Part shown: piece by piece, positions 9,245 to 17,695 of the stretch
Position numbering within the stretch: position 1 is the first letter of the stretch
Layout: each line of letters starts with the position of its first letter
DNA from: an uncultured Planctomycetia bacterium
GTDB lineage: Bacteria; Omnitrophota; Gorgyraeia; 2-01-FULL-45-10; JAHFGN01
Reading direction: 5' to 3'
NCBI GenBank assembly: GCA_964590585.1
Contig: CAZPYQ010000002.1
Location: forward strand, 1-38,743
Length of the DNA stretch: 38,743 nt
Position numbers and translations under genes: made by a program
The notes under the pieces: model-generated
Databases searched by the model: none
Told to the model about the DNA's origin: nothing
What the model saw: only the letters and a program-made list of their open reading frames with translations

Positions 9245-9739
9245 TCATTTAAGCTTCTTCATTATCTCTGGCGTCAGGTCCGTCTCTTCTTTGCCGTAAA
9301 GGAGCATCCTTGAATTAAGTATGAAATCGTAACCCTGCGCCTGGGAATAATCGGTAACGACCTTCTCTATATCCTTCAATATGCCACCTATGGTCTCGTT
9401 TCGCTGTTTCACGAGCTCTTCCCTCGTCATTAAATCAAACGCCTGCAGCTCTTTTACCTTCTCGTCTATGACAAGCTGCTTCTCGGCCTTGGCCTTGTCG
9501 CTCAATAGCGCCTGCTCGTCTTTAAGCTTTCTCACCGCATCTATCATCTTGGTCCGCTCGGCCTCCTTGGCCTTGCCCTTCTCCTCCAGCGCCTTATCCG
9601 CTTCTTTAGTCTTGGAATATTCATCGAATACCTTGGCCAGGTCGACATAGCCCACCTTCAATTCCTTGGCTAACAGGCACTGCGGAATTAAAATACCCGC
9701 CGCGAAAATAACCGCTACCGCTAACGCTATCCTCTTCAT
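9245..9739 (-). CDS. skp: Periplasmic chaperone Skp/OmpH family
   Basis: 164 aa with a signal peptide and a K/E-rich coiled coil. It holds the canonical position between bamA and lpxD. Confidence 0.8.
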   Translation of the reverse strand: MKRIALAVAVIFAAGILIPQCLLAKELKVGYVDLAKVFDEYSKTKEADKALEEKGKAKEAERTKMIDAVRKLKDEQALLSDKAKAEKQLVIDEKVKELQAFDLMTREELVKQRNETIGGILKDIEKVVTDYSQAQGYDFILNSRMLLYGKEETDLTPEIMKKLK

Positions 9740-9765
9740 GCTGCTACCTCCTTTTATAATCTTAA

Positions 9766-9805
9766 CTTAATCACTCAACCACTCAATCGCTTAATCGCCG
9801 AACCG
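9766..9805. repeat. Five tandem octamers CTYAAYCR in the bamA-skp spacer
   Basis: CTTAATCA CTCAACCA CTCAATCG CTTAATCG CCGAACCG, in perfect 8-nt phase. Confidence 0.8.
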
Positions 9806-9812
9806 GTTACCG

Positions 9813-12134
9813 CTAGAATCCGCGGGACATACTGAAGTAGAATTGCCCCTCGCGCTTGTCGTCATAGTTATCGCTTAAAGGATAACCGTAATCCAGTTTT
9901 ACGGGCCCTATGGGCGTCTTTATCCTTAAGCCCACGCCGGTTCCAGCCCTCAAGTTTCCGTCCAGATAATCGGCGCGGCGCCTCCAGGTATTTCCGATAT
10001 CGTAGAAGACCGAGCCTTTGAGTAACTTTTCATAAATGGGGAAGGTGAGCTCGGCGTTGCCTATGAGCATCGATTCGCCTCCTATCGGGTCATTGGAGCC
10101 GGGGTCGCGCGGCGAAACTTTCCTCTCGCCGTAACCCCGGATCGTCTCCGCGCCCCCTGTGAAGAACCTCTCATATATAGGGACCTCCTCTGAATCGCTG
10201 TAAGGAGCGGCGACGCCTGTCCTCGCCTTCAGCTCGAGGACCAGTTTATCGAAAAATGAATGATAATAAACGGCCGTTCCTACCATCTTGACGAAATCCT
10301 TATCGCCGCCGATTATGCCGCCGGCGTTATCAAAGCTCGCCGATAAGAGCCATCCCCTTGTCGGGGTATATATGTTGTCTCTCGTATCATAAGCAGCCCC
10401 TACCGACAGCATGGATATCCAATTACTGCCCGTTTCGTCTTTAAGGTCCTTGGACGCGTTATCGGCGACATCCGATATTTTGACCTCTTCCAGTTTATAC
10501 ATCATGTCGCCTCTTAGCTCATCCGTGAATTCTTTTCCGAACCTCAAGTTGCCTCCGGTCCTCACCTCTTCATAACCGTAACCGACGCTTGTCTTTCTGT
10601 CGTGAGAAGTGCGGTATATGTCAAAGCCGAATAAAAAGGGATATCCGAATATCCATGGATCGGTCCAGCTCGCCACATAGTTCTGTCTTATCATGCCGAT
10701 CTCGGCCTTGATAGTAAAGTTTTGCCCCGCGCCCATGAAGGTCGGAAAATTCATTATGTCAAAATTCCTCTGGCTGACCTCGATAAAACCCACCAGCATG
10801 TCCACGGTGCTGTATCCGCCGCCAAAAGAGAACTCTCCCGTCTTCGATTCCTTGACATTAACCACGAGGTCCTCTATGTTCTCCTCGCTGGTGGGCTGGG
10901 TATCGAAGTAGAGGTCCTCGAAGAAACCGAGGTTGTAAAGCCTCTCTTTGGATTTACGCAACTTTTCTCCGTCAAACTTTTCTCCGGGATATATCCTGAG
11001 TTCGCGGCGTATAACCACGTCCTTGGTCTTGACGTTGCCTTTTATATCCACCTTGCCCACATAGACTATGTCCTTGGGGTCGACGGCATATACGAGATCG
11101 ATGTTGCCGGTTGCGGGATTAAGATTTCTTGCGACATTGACATCCGCCTTCATATACCCCTGGTTGGTGTAATATTGCCTTATGTTAAACACATCTTCCC
11201 GCAGTGTGCGCGTGCTGAAGGCCTTGCCGGCGGCCATCTTAATCTGCTTTTTTATCTCCTTCTCGGGATATATGAGATTGCCCTTAAATGACAGGTCCCC
11301 TACCAGATACTTCTTGCCTTCCTGTACGTCTATGGTGATATACATAAGTTTCCCGTCTTCGGAATAATCTATTTTTGGCGCAACCTGCGCGTCCAGATAA
11401 CCCTCTTCGCCGTAGGCGGCCTTTATCCGGTCGAGGTCGTCCTTAAACGTCTCTTCCTGAAACGCCCCGGCATTGAAGAGCCACGCGGGCTTCGTGCCCA
11501 GTAGTTTGACCAGCCTGCCTGTCTTTATATTTTTATTGCCCGTTATGGTTATCTTCGCCACTTTCACCCTTATCTTCTCGTCTATGGTTATGGCCACGGT
11601 GGCCCTGTTGGTTTCTCCGCTTACCGTAACGGCGTAAGCCACGTCGACCATGTGATAACCCTTCTTCTCGTATTGCGTCCTTATCTCCACCATATCCTGG
11701 GTAAGGAGACTATGGTTTAATATATCGTTCTCTTTGGACTTGATCGTGGATTTAAGCTTTTTGGAGTTTATGACCTTGTTCCCGCTTAAGACTATCCTGT
11801 CGATTATGGGCTTCTCCTCGACTATTATAGAGACCTTGACGCCCCCCTCGGCGGGCTGCGCGTTTATCGACACGTCCAAAAAATAATCCGTGGCGTACAG
11901 TCTCTTCAGGTCGTCGTTCAGGATCTGCTGGCTGAACTTTTCCCCGACGCGGGTCTTTATCTTGGATATTATCGTCTCCGCGCTTATGGATTTATTGTTT
12001 TTGACATCTACGGAAATAACGTGCCTACCCTCCTTTTCCTCATCCTGTCCGTATGCGAAAGAAAAGGCGAGGGCCAGGCATATCGCCAAAGACAGGCTCA
12101 ATACGGCCGCGCGAAAGACGCTCTTTTTTATCAT
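9813..12134 (-). CDS. bamA: Outer membrane protein assembly factor BamA
   Basis: 773 aa with a signal peptide, POTRA-like repeats, a C-terminal beta-barrel and a terminal aromatic residue (SMSRGF). Confidence 0.9.
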   Translation of the reverse strand: MIKKSVFRAAVLSLSLAICLALAFSFAYGQDEEKEGRHVISVDVKNNKSISAETIISKIKTRVGEKFSQQILNDDLKRLYATDYFLDVSINAQPAEGGVKVSIIVEEKPIIDRIVLSGNKVINSKKLKSTIKSKENDILNHSLLTQDMVEIRTQYEKKGYHMVDVAYAVTVSGETNRATVAITIDEKIRVKVAKITITGNKNIKTGRLVKLLGTKPAWLFNAGAFQEETFKDDLDRIKAAYGEEGYLDAQVAPKIDYSEDGKLMYITIDVQEGKKYLVGDLSFKGNLIYPEKEIKKQIKMAAGKAFSTRTLREDVFNIRQYYTNQGYMKADVNVARNLNPATGNIDLVYAVDPKDIVYVGKVDIKGNVKTKDVVIRRELRIYPGEKFDGEKLRKSKERLYNLGFFEDLYFDTQPTSEENIEDLVVNVKESKTGEFSFGGGYSTVDMLVGFIEVSQRNFDIMNFPTFMGAGQNFTIKAEIGMIRQNYVASWTDPWIFGYPFLFGFDIYRTSHDRKTSVGYGYEEVRTGGNLRFGKEFTDELRGDMMYKLEEVKISDVADNASKDLKDETGSNWISMLSVGAAYDTRDNIYTPTRGWLLSASFDNAGGIIGGDKDFVKMVGTAVYYHSFFDKLVLELKARTGVAAPYSDSEEVPIYERFFTGGAETIRGYGERKVSPRDPGSNDPIGGESMLIGNAELTFPIYEKLLKGSVFYDIGNTWRRRADYLDGNLRAGTGVGLRIKTPIGPVKLDYGYPLSDNYDDKREGQFYFSMSRGF

Positions 12135-13498
12135 ATGGTTTCGGCTCCCACGTCTATGAACTCTTCCCTTTTCGACATGTTCTCGAACCTCATATACTCG
12201 TTAATGAAAGCAAGTTTTATCGTATCCACCGGGCCGTTTCTCTGTTTTGCGATTATTATGTCGGCCACGCCCTTATTCTCTTCGGTCTGGCCGTAATACT
12301 CCTCCCTCATGAGTAGGATTACGAGATCGGCGTCCTGCTCTATGGCTCCGGATTCTCTTAAGTCCGACAGCTGCGGCCTGTGGTCGGATCTTTGTTCGAC
12401 GGCGCGCGAGAGCTGGCTCACGGCTATAAGAGGGACATTGATCTCCCTTGCCAGGGCCTTTAAGGACCTGGATATCTCCGATATCTCCTGCTGTCTGTTC
12501 TCCGCCCTCACTGGCCCCTGCATCAATTGCAGGTAATCCAGCACCACCAGTTGAATATCGTGCTGTGCCTTGAGGCGGCGGGCCTTGGCCTTGAGTTCAA
12601 GAATGGAGAGGGCCGGTGTATCGTCTATAAAAATAGGCGCTTCCGCGAGCCTGCCCGCGGCAGAAACCAGTTTCGGCCAATCCGCCTGGGAGAGGAACCC
12701 CGTCCTCACCTTATGGGCGTTGACCCTGGCATGGGAACAGAGCATCCTCTGGACGAGCTGTTCCTTCGCCATCTCAAGAGAGAAGAAGGCGACCGGGACC
12801 TTTTCAACTATGCCGATATGTTCGGCGATGCATGAGACAAGCGCACTCTTCCCCATTGAAGGCCTGCCGGCTATTATTACAAGATCAGACTTCTGGAGCC
12901 CTGCCGTCATTAAGTCCAGTTCATGGTATCCCGTGGCCACGCCGGTTATATTCTCTTTCCTCTGGTAGAGGCCGTCTATCGCCTCTATGCTGGATCTCAC
13001 TATATCCTTTAAAGAGACGGTCTTGCCTTCTATCTTATCCTGGGTTATGTCGAATATGAGCCTTTCCGCCTTATCGAGCAGGCCGTCAACATTAACGCTC
13101 GAGTCGTAACTTTCCCGGACTATCTCTGTGCCCGTATTTATGAGACTGCGCAGTATGAACTTTTCCTTGACTATGTTCGCGTAATGGACGACGTTGGCGG
13201 CTGTCGGGACGCTTGACGCCAGGGATGTCACGTAATCCGGGCCTCCGACCTCATTGAGGCAGTTATCCTTTCTTAATCCCTCTATCAGCGTTATCAGGTC
13301 AACGGCCTTATTTGCGTCGTAAAGCCTTATTATTGAGGAGTATATTTTTCTGTGGGCGTCTTTATAAAAGTGGTTTTCGTTTATGAGTTCTATGACCTGC
13401 GGGATGACGTCGCGGTCCAAAAGCATGGAGCCCAATACCGCTATCTCCGCATCGTTGTTTTGGGGCGGTATTTTATCTATGAGTTCTTGCGCGGTCAT
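12131..13498 (-). CDS. dnaB: Replicative DNA helicase
   Basis: 455 aa. PPQNNDAEIAVLGSML N-terminus, Walker A GRPSMGKSA, and LVVLDYLQLM. No intein is present. Confidence 0.93.
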   Translation of the reverse strand: MTAQELIDKIPPQNNDAEIAVLGSMLLDRDVIPQVIELINENHFYKDAHRKIYSSIIRLYDANKAVDLITLIEGLRKDNCLNEVGGPDYVTSLASSVPTAANVVHYANIVKEKFILRSLINTGTEIVRESYDSSVNVDGLLDKAERLIFDITQDKIEGKTVSLKDIVRSSIEAIDGLYQRKENITGVATGYHELDLMTAGLQKSDLVIIAGRPSMGKSALVSCIAEHIGIVEKVPVAFFSLEMAKEQLVQRMLCSHARVNAHKVRTGFLSQADWPKLVSAAGRLAEAPIFIDDTPALSILELKAKARRLKAQHDIQLVVLDYLQLMQGPVRAENRQQEISEISRSLKALAREINVPLIAVSQLSRAVEQRSDHRPQLSDLRESGAIEQDADLVILLMREEYYGQTEENKGVADIIIAKQRNGPVDTIKLAFINEYMRFENMSKREEFIDVGAETI

Positions 13499-13514
13499 TT
13501 GATTCTTCGAGCGG

Positions 13515-13958
13515 TTAGTCTTTCACGACCCATACCTTTAAGGTCGCCTTGACTTCAGGATGCAATTTTATCTCCACCTGGTAGAGGCCCAGCTTTTTTA
13601 TGGGCTCTTCAATGATAATATGTTTTTTATCTATATTATGTCCGTTTGATTCCAGCTCTTTCTGGACCATCTCGGCCGTAACGGAACCGAATAATTTATC
13701 CTCTTCCCCGGCTGCCATACGCACGGTTACGGACAGTTTTGACAGTTCATCGGCCAGGACGAGCATATCGGCCTTCTTCTTGGCGATACCCTCTTCCCTC
13801 TTCTTCTTCATAAATTCCGCTTGCTTTATATTGACGGCCGTGGCCTCCCTGGCTTTCTTGCCCGGTATCAGAAAATTCCGCGCATAGCCGTCCTTCACGA
13901 CAATGACATCGCCCGCATGGCCCAACTTTTCCACATCCTCAACCAGCACTACCTTCAT
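13515..13958 (-). CDS. rplI: 50S ribosomal protein bL9
   Basis: The start is moved to MKVVLVEDVEKLGHAGDVIVVKDGYARNFLIP, which has the SD AAGGAAGG. The track start at 14000 overlaps rpsR. Confidence 0.9.
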   Translation of the reverse strand: MKVVLVEDVEKLGHAGDVIVVKDGYARNFLIPGKKAREATAVNIKQAEFMKKKREEGIAKKKADMLVLADELSKLSVTVRMAAGEEDKLFGSVTAEMVQKELESNGHNIDKKHIIIEEPIKKLGLYQVEIKLHPEVKATLKVWVVKD

Positions 13959-13986
13959 CTTTAAACCACCTTCCTTGCGAGATACA

Positions 13987-14250
13987 TTAATCCGCCACAA
14001 AGGGCAAAAGCGCCATAACGCGCGCCTTTTTTACGGCCCGGGCGAGCTGCCGCTGGTGCCTGGAGCAGGTCCCCGTGATCCTTGACGGCATTATCTTTCC
14101 CCTCTCGGTTATGACCTTTTGGAACTTAGGGTAATCGAGGTAATCGAGAGTGGCTATCTTCTCGAGGCAGAACCTGCACGGCTTCTTGTGATATACCCTC
14201 TTCTTCAAGGCACCTTTTATCGGCTTCTTCCTGATAGTTCTCTTAAACAT
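13987..14250 (-). CDS. rpsR: 30S ribosomal protein bS18
   Basis: 87 aa. CRFC, ITERGKIMPSRITGTCSRHQRQLARAVKKAR. Confidence 0.92.
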   Translation of the reverse strand: MFKRTIRKKPIKGALKKRVYHKKPCRFCLEKIATLDYLDYPKFQKVITERGKIMPSRITGTCSRHQRQLARAVKKARVMALLPFVAD

Positions 14251-14276
14251 CTATGGCCTTTCTCCTAAAAGTAGTT

Positions 14277-14816
14277 TTAAAAAGGAACACCTTCATCGTC
14301 TTTTTTATTCTTATCTTCGGCGTCTCCAAATTGCTTGCGAAAACCGTTATCCGGGCCTTCTGCCGAAGGATTAATGTCCGGCGGCATGGATGCGGTATCC
14401 GCCCCGAGGTCTATGGACTCGACCTCTTCGGGAGCGTGTATCGTCTTTGCCCGGGCGGCGGGCGACGCGCCGGCCTTGGGGGCCATCCTTAAGAATTGGA
14501 CATTGGAGGCTATCACCTCCAGCGCGTAACGTTTTGCGCCGCTCTGATCCTCCCATGACCTTGACTGCAGCCTGCCTTCAACAAATACGGGGCTACCCTT
14601 GGATAAGTACTCCCCGCATACTTCGGCGCGGCGGCCCCAAACCACCACATTTATAAAAGAGACCTCCTCTTTCTTCTCGCCGGAGGGGGTATTATATACC
14701 CTGTTGACAGCCACGCTAAACGACGCCACGGCCTGCCCGCTGGGTATATACCTAAGCTCCGGATCGCGCGTAAGATTGCCCATTATGAATACCCTGTTCA
14801 GACTGGCCGCCATCAT
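14277..14816 (-). CDS. ssb: Single-stranded DNA-binding protein
   Basis: 179 aa. LNRVFIMGNLTRDPELRY OB fold and an acidic C-terminal tip DDEGVPF. Confidence 0.92.
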   Translation of the reverse strand: MMAASLNRVFIMGNLTRDPELRYIPSGQAVASFSVAVNRVYNTPSGEKKEEVSFINVVVWGRRAEVCGEYLSKGSPVFVEGRLQSRSWEDQSGAKRYALEVIASNVQFLRMAPKAGASPAARAKTIHAPEEVESIDLGADTASMPPDINPSAEGPDNGFRKQFGDAEDKNKKDDEGVPF

Positions 14817-14817
14817 A

Positions 14818-15099
14818 TCACCTCTTCGTTATGACAACCCTTAAGATATCCGCATTCAGCGAATACCCTTCTCTTAACTTGGATATGGCCTCCGGGGGAG
14901 ACTGAAAATTGACCTTATAATATACGCCGTCCTTGAACTTCTTGATGCGGTATGTGAGGTCCCTCTTTCCCCATTTCTCTTCCTTCTCCAGGGTGGCCTT
15001 ATTTTTAGCCAGGCTGTCGGCTATGGCCTTATAAACCCCCTCGAGTTCAGGCTCCTTAAGATTACTCTTTATTATGAATATCCCTTCGTAATTATTCAC
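14818..15099 (-). CDS. rpsF: 30S ribosomal protein bS6
   Basis: 93 aa with a GTG start and SD GAGGAG. YEGIFIIKSNL N-terminus. It heads the rpsF-ssb-rpsR order. Confidence 0.9.
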   Translation of the reverse strand: MNNYEGIFIIKSNLKEPELEGVYKAIADSLAKNKATLEKEEKWGKRDLTYRIKKFKDGVYYKVNFQSPPEAISKLREGYSLNADILRVVITKR

Positions 15100-15131
15100 T
15101 TCTTTAACTCCTCTGTTTGTTTATTGCTACA

Positions 15132-15160
15132 ATATTAGCATATATATTCAACTAACGCAA
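15132..15160 (-). promoter_or_regulatory. Candidate promoter for rpsF-ssb-rpsR
   Basis: On the minus strand: TTGCGT (15155-15160), 17-nt spacer, TAATAT (15132-15137). Confidence 0.4.
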
Positions 15161-15168
15161 CCATATTT

Positions 15169-15299
15169 CTAAACCCTAAATGCTAAACTCTAAATCCTAA
15201 ACAAATCCAAAATTCTAAATACAAAACTCAAAACTTTGTATTTTGGGTTTTATGTTTCGGGTTTGTTTAGAGTTTAGGGTTTCGGATTTAGGATTTGTT
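15169..15299. repeat. Array of about 19 heptamer units forming a long imperfect palindrome (CTAAAnn arm / nnTTTAG arm)
   Basis: Left arm: CTAAACC CTAAATG CTAAACT CTAAATC CTAAACA. Right arm: TTAGAGT TTAGGGT TTCGGAT TTAGGAT. CCCTAAA (15174-15180) pairs with TTTAGGG (15273-15279). The array fills the pth-rpsF spacer. Confidence 0.85.
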
Positions 15300-15878
15300 T
15301 TACCCGTATGTCCTGTTCCGGACATTATACTTGTTCATCGCGGCCTCCGGGCCGGACTTGACCCACAAAGAGACGGTGTCTTTGATATAAGGCATGACCG
15401 CCTTTACCTTCTTAATGTCCTTCTTTTTAAAAGGGGAAAGGACGTACTTTGTTATGTCGCCTTTTATAATATCTGTTTCTATGCCTACCTTGAGCCGGGC
15501 GAAGTCTCCGGTAGCCAGGGTCTCTATTATGGAGATGAGCCCTTTATGACCGCCGGCGGACCCCTTCATCCTCAATCTGATCGTGCCGAGCCTTAAGTTT
15601 ATATCATCGCATATGACGAGGAGGTCCTCCAATTTTATCTTCTCCTCCTCAACGGCCTCCTCCACGGCCTTTCCCGAAAGGTTCATATAGGTAAGCGGCA
15701 GGAATAGCATGACATCCTTCCCCTCAATCTCCCCTTTCCCCAAAATAGCGCTGTACCGTTTGGTCCTTATCTTTATATTATTCTCTTTGGCCAGCTCTTC
15801 CAGGGCGAGGAAACCTATATTGTGTTTTGTATAACGATACGCCCTGCCGGGGTTGCCCAGGCCTACGATAAGCTTCAC
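15300..15878 (-). CDS. pth: Peptidyl-tRNA hydrolase
   Basis: The Pth body begins VKLIVGLGNPGRAYRYTKHNIGF. I place the start at GTG 15878, which overlaps the ctc TGA as GTGA. The track extension to 16205 is an Arg/Gly-rich out-of-frame shadow of ctc. Confidence 0.9.
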   Translation of the reverse strand: MKLIVGLGNPGRAYRYTKHNIGFLALEELAKENNIKIRTKRYSAILGKGEIEGKDVMLFLPLTYMNLSGKAVEEAVEEEKIKLEDLLVICDDINLRLGTIRLRMKGSAGGHKGLISIIETLATGDFARLKVGIETDIIKGDITKYVLSPFKKKDIKKVKAVMPYIKDTVSLWVKSGPEAAMNKYNVRNRTYG

Positions 15879-16603
15879 TTGGATTTTTCCTCTTTGGCAG
15901 GCGGTGAGGCGGGCCCCTTTCCGCCCTGAGGCTTCGCGGCTTCTTCCTCGCCCTCCTCTTCGACCTTCTTCTTCTCTCTTATGAGCTCCGGTTCCGCCAC
16001 CTCTTCGGCAACTTCTTCTTTCGGTTTCTCGACATGCGGGGGCTTGACTATCATGGCTATCAGCTCCGGATCGTTTAAGACCTTGACCCCTTCCGGAGGA
16101 GTGATCTGCTTGACAAATACGGCATCTCCTATCTTTAAAGCCGACACGTCGTATTCTATCTTTTCCGGTATCGCGGTCGGCAGGCACTCTATCTGGAGCT
16201 CCCACATGATATGCTCGAGAACGCCTCCGTCCTGCTTGACGCCGACGGGTTCGCCTTTGGACGCGAGCGGCACGTCCACTTTGAGCATCTCGGTGAGGGA
16301 TATCTCGTTAAAATCCACATGCAATATGCTGTCTTTTACGGGATCGTGCTGGATCTCTTTTATTATGACCGTCTTCTCCTTTACCGCCTTAGGGGCGCCT
16401 GTGATGTTGAGCGCTATGATGACATTGGAGCCCGCCTTGGTGTGGATGATCTCCTCCAGTTCGCGCGTCACTAATTTAAGGCTCATCGCCTCTTTTCCGT
16501 CCCTGTAGACCACCGCGGGTATGAGGCTCGCCTTGCGCAATGCCTTGGCGGCCTTTTTTCCTGCGGTATCCCTGTACTGAGCCTTCAATATGACTTTTTC
16601 CAT
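15875..16603 (-). CDS. ctc: 50S ribosomal protein bL25 / general stress protein Ctc
   Basis: 242 aa. The N-terminal L25 domain (RDTAGKKAAKALRKASLIPAVVY) is followed by the Ctc C-terminal domain and a charged E/K tail. Confidence 0.88.
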   Translation of the reverse strand: MEKVILKAQYRDTAGKKAAKALRKASLIPAVVYRDGKEAMSLKLVTRELEEIIHTKAGSNVIIALNITGAPKAVKEKTVIIKEIQHDPVKDSILHVDFNEISLTEMLKVDVPLASKGEPVGVKQDGGVLEHIMWELQIECLPTAIPEKIEYDVSALKIGDAVFVKQITPPEGVKVLNDPELIAMIVKPPHVEKPKEEVAEEVAEPELIREKKKVEEEGEEEAAKPQGGKGPASPPAKEEKSK

Positions 16604-16631
16604 TTATAGACTCTCCTTTAAATAAAATTAT

Positions 16632-16711
16632 GATTACACAGATTCCAGAAAGATTACACAGATTTCACATGAGTTCTAATCTGTGTAATCTGTTTTTTAA
16701 TCTGTGTAATC
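16632..16711. repeat. Four copies of the 12-mer GATTACACAGAT (2 direct + 2 inverted)
   Basis: GATTACACAGAT at 16632-16643 and 16652-16663. ATCTGTGTAATC at 16679-16690 and 16700-16711. Spacing is 20-21 nt. The inner pair extends to a 14-bp stem. The array lies in the prs-ctc spacer. Confidence 0.9.
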
Positions 16712-16742
16712 AATTTTGTTTTTTTACTTATATCAATCCGTA

Positions 16743-17684
16743 TTAATTAAAGAGCGAACTCACGGATTCCTCTTCGTGTATCCTTCTTATCGCATCCGCC
16801 AAAAGAGGCGCTATTGAAAGGACCTTTATTTTATTTATACCCTTCTCTTTTGAAAGGGGTATCGTGTCGGTCACGATCAGTTCTTTAAGTTTGGATTTTT
16901 TCAACCTATCAATCGCCGGGCCGCAGAGGACCGGATGGGTTATGGTGGCATATACGTCCTTGGCCCCAGCTTTTTTTATGGCCTCCGTGGCCTCGACGAG
17001 AGAACCTGCCGTGGCGACCATGTCATCCACTATGACGGCGTGGCGCCCTCTTACGTCGCCCAAAATATGCATAACCTCTGATTTCTGATCGTCTATTCGC
17101 CTCTTGTCTACTATCGCCAGATGAGACCCGAGGCGTTTCGCGTAGGCCCTGGCCGTCTTTATGCCGCCGACATCGGGCGAAACCACAACGAAGTCGCCCA
17201 GTTTTATCTTCTTTATGTAGTTGGTAAAGACAGTTATGGCGAACAGGTGGTCCAACGGTATATCGAAGAAACCCTGTATCTGCCCCGCATGCAGATCTAT
17301 CGTGAGTATCCGGTCGGCGCCCGCTTTTGCGAGCAGGTTTGCGACCAGCTTCGCCGTGATCGGGACCCTCGGCTGGTCTTTCCTGTCCTGCCTGGCATAC
17401 CCGAAGTAGGGCAGGACCGCCGTGATGCGCTGGGCCGAGGCGCGCCTAAGGGCGTCGATTAATATAAGGAGTTCCATGAGATTGTCGTTGGAAGGGCAGG
17501 ATGTAGATTGTACTATAAATACGTCATGACCGCGTACGTTTTCGTCTATCTTGACCTTTATCTCCCCGTCGCTAAACCTCCCCACAGAAGCCCTGCCGGG
17601 ACGGATCTTCAGGATGCCGCATATATCCTCGGCCATCCTGATGTTCGAGTTGCCCGAAAAGACCAATATCTTGTTCTTCATCAT
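16743..17684 (-). CDS. prs: Ribose-phosphate pyrophosphokinase
   Basis: The start is moved to MMKNKILVFSGNSN; the track extension overlaps glmU. YFGYARQDRK and the PRPP-binding loop VIVDDMVATAGS are present. Confidence 0.92.
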   Translation of the reverse strand: MMKNKILVFSGNSNIRMAEDICGILKIRPGRASVGRFSDGEIKVKIDENVRGHDVFIVQSTSCPSNDNLMELLILIDALRRASAQRITAVLPYFGYARQDRKDQPRVPITAKLVANLLAKAGADRILTIDLHAGQIQGFFDIPLDHLFAITVFTNYIKKIKLGDFVVVSPDVGGIKTARAYAKRLGSHLAIVDKRRIDDQKSEVMHILGDVRGRHAVIVDDMVATAGSLVEATEAIKKAGAKDVYATITHPVLCGPAIDRLKKSKLKELIVTDTIPLSKEKGINKIKVLSIAPLLADAIRRIHEEESVSSLFN

Positions 17685-17695
17685 TATATCCTTTC

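Noticed and set aside
15169-15299. Telomere-like repeats (CCCTAAA / TTTAGGG).
   Set aside because: Only one exact unit occurs per arm. The other units are degenerate and arranged as an internal palindrome between two housekeeping genes, not at a replicon end.
15879-16205. 109-aa Arg/Gly-rich N-terminal extension of the pth ORF.
   Set aside because: It is out of frame within ctc. Pth homology begins exactly at GTG 15878.
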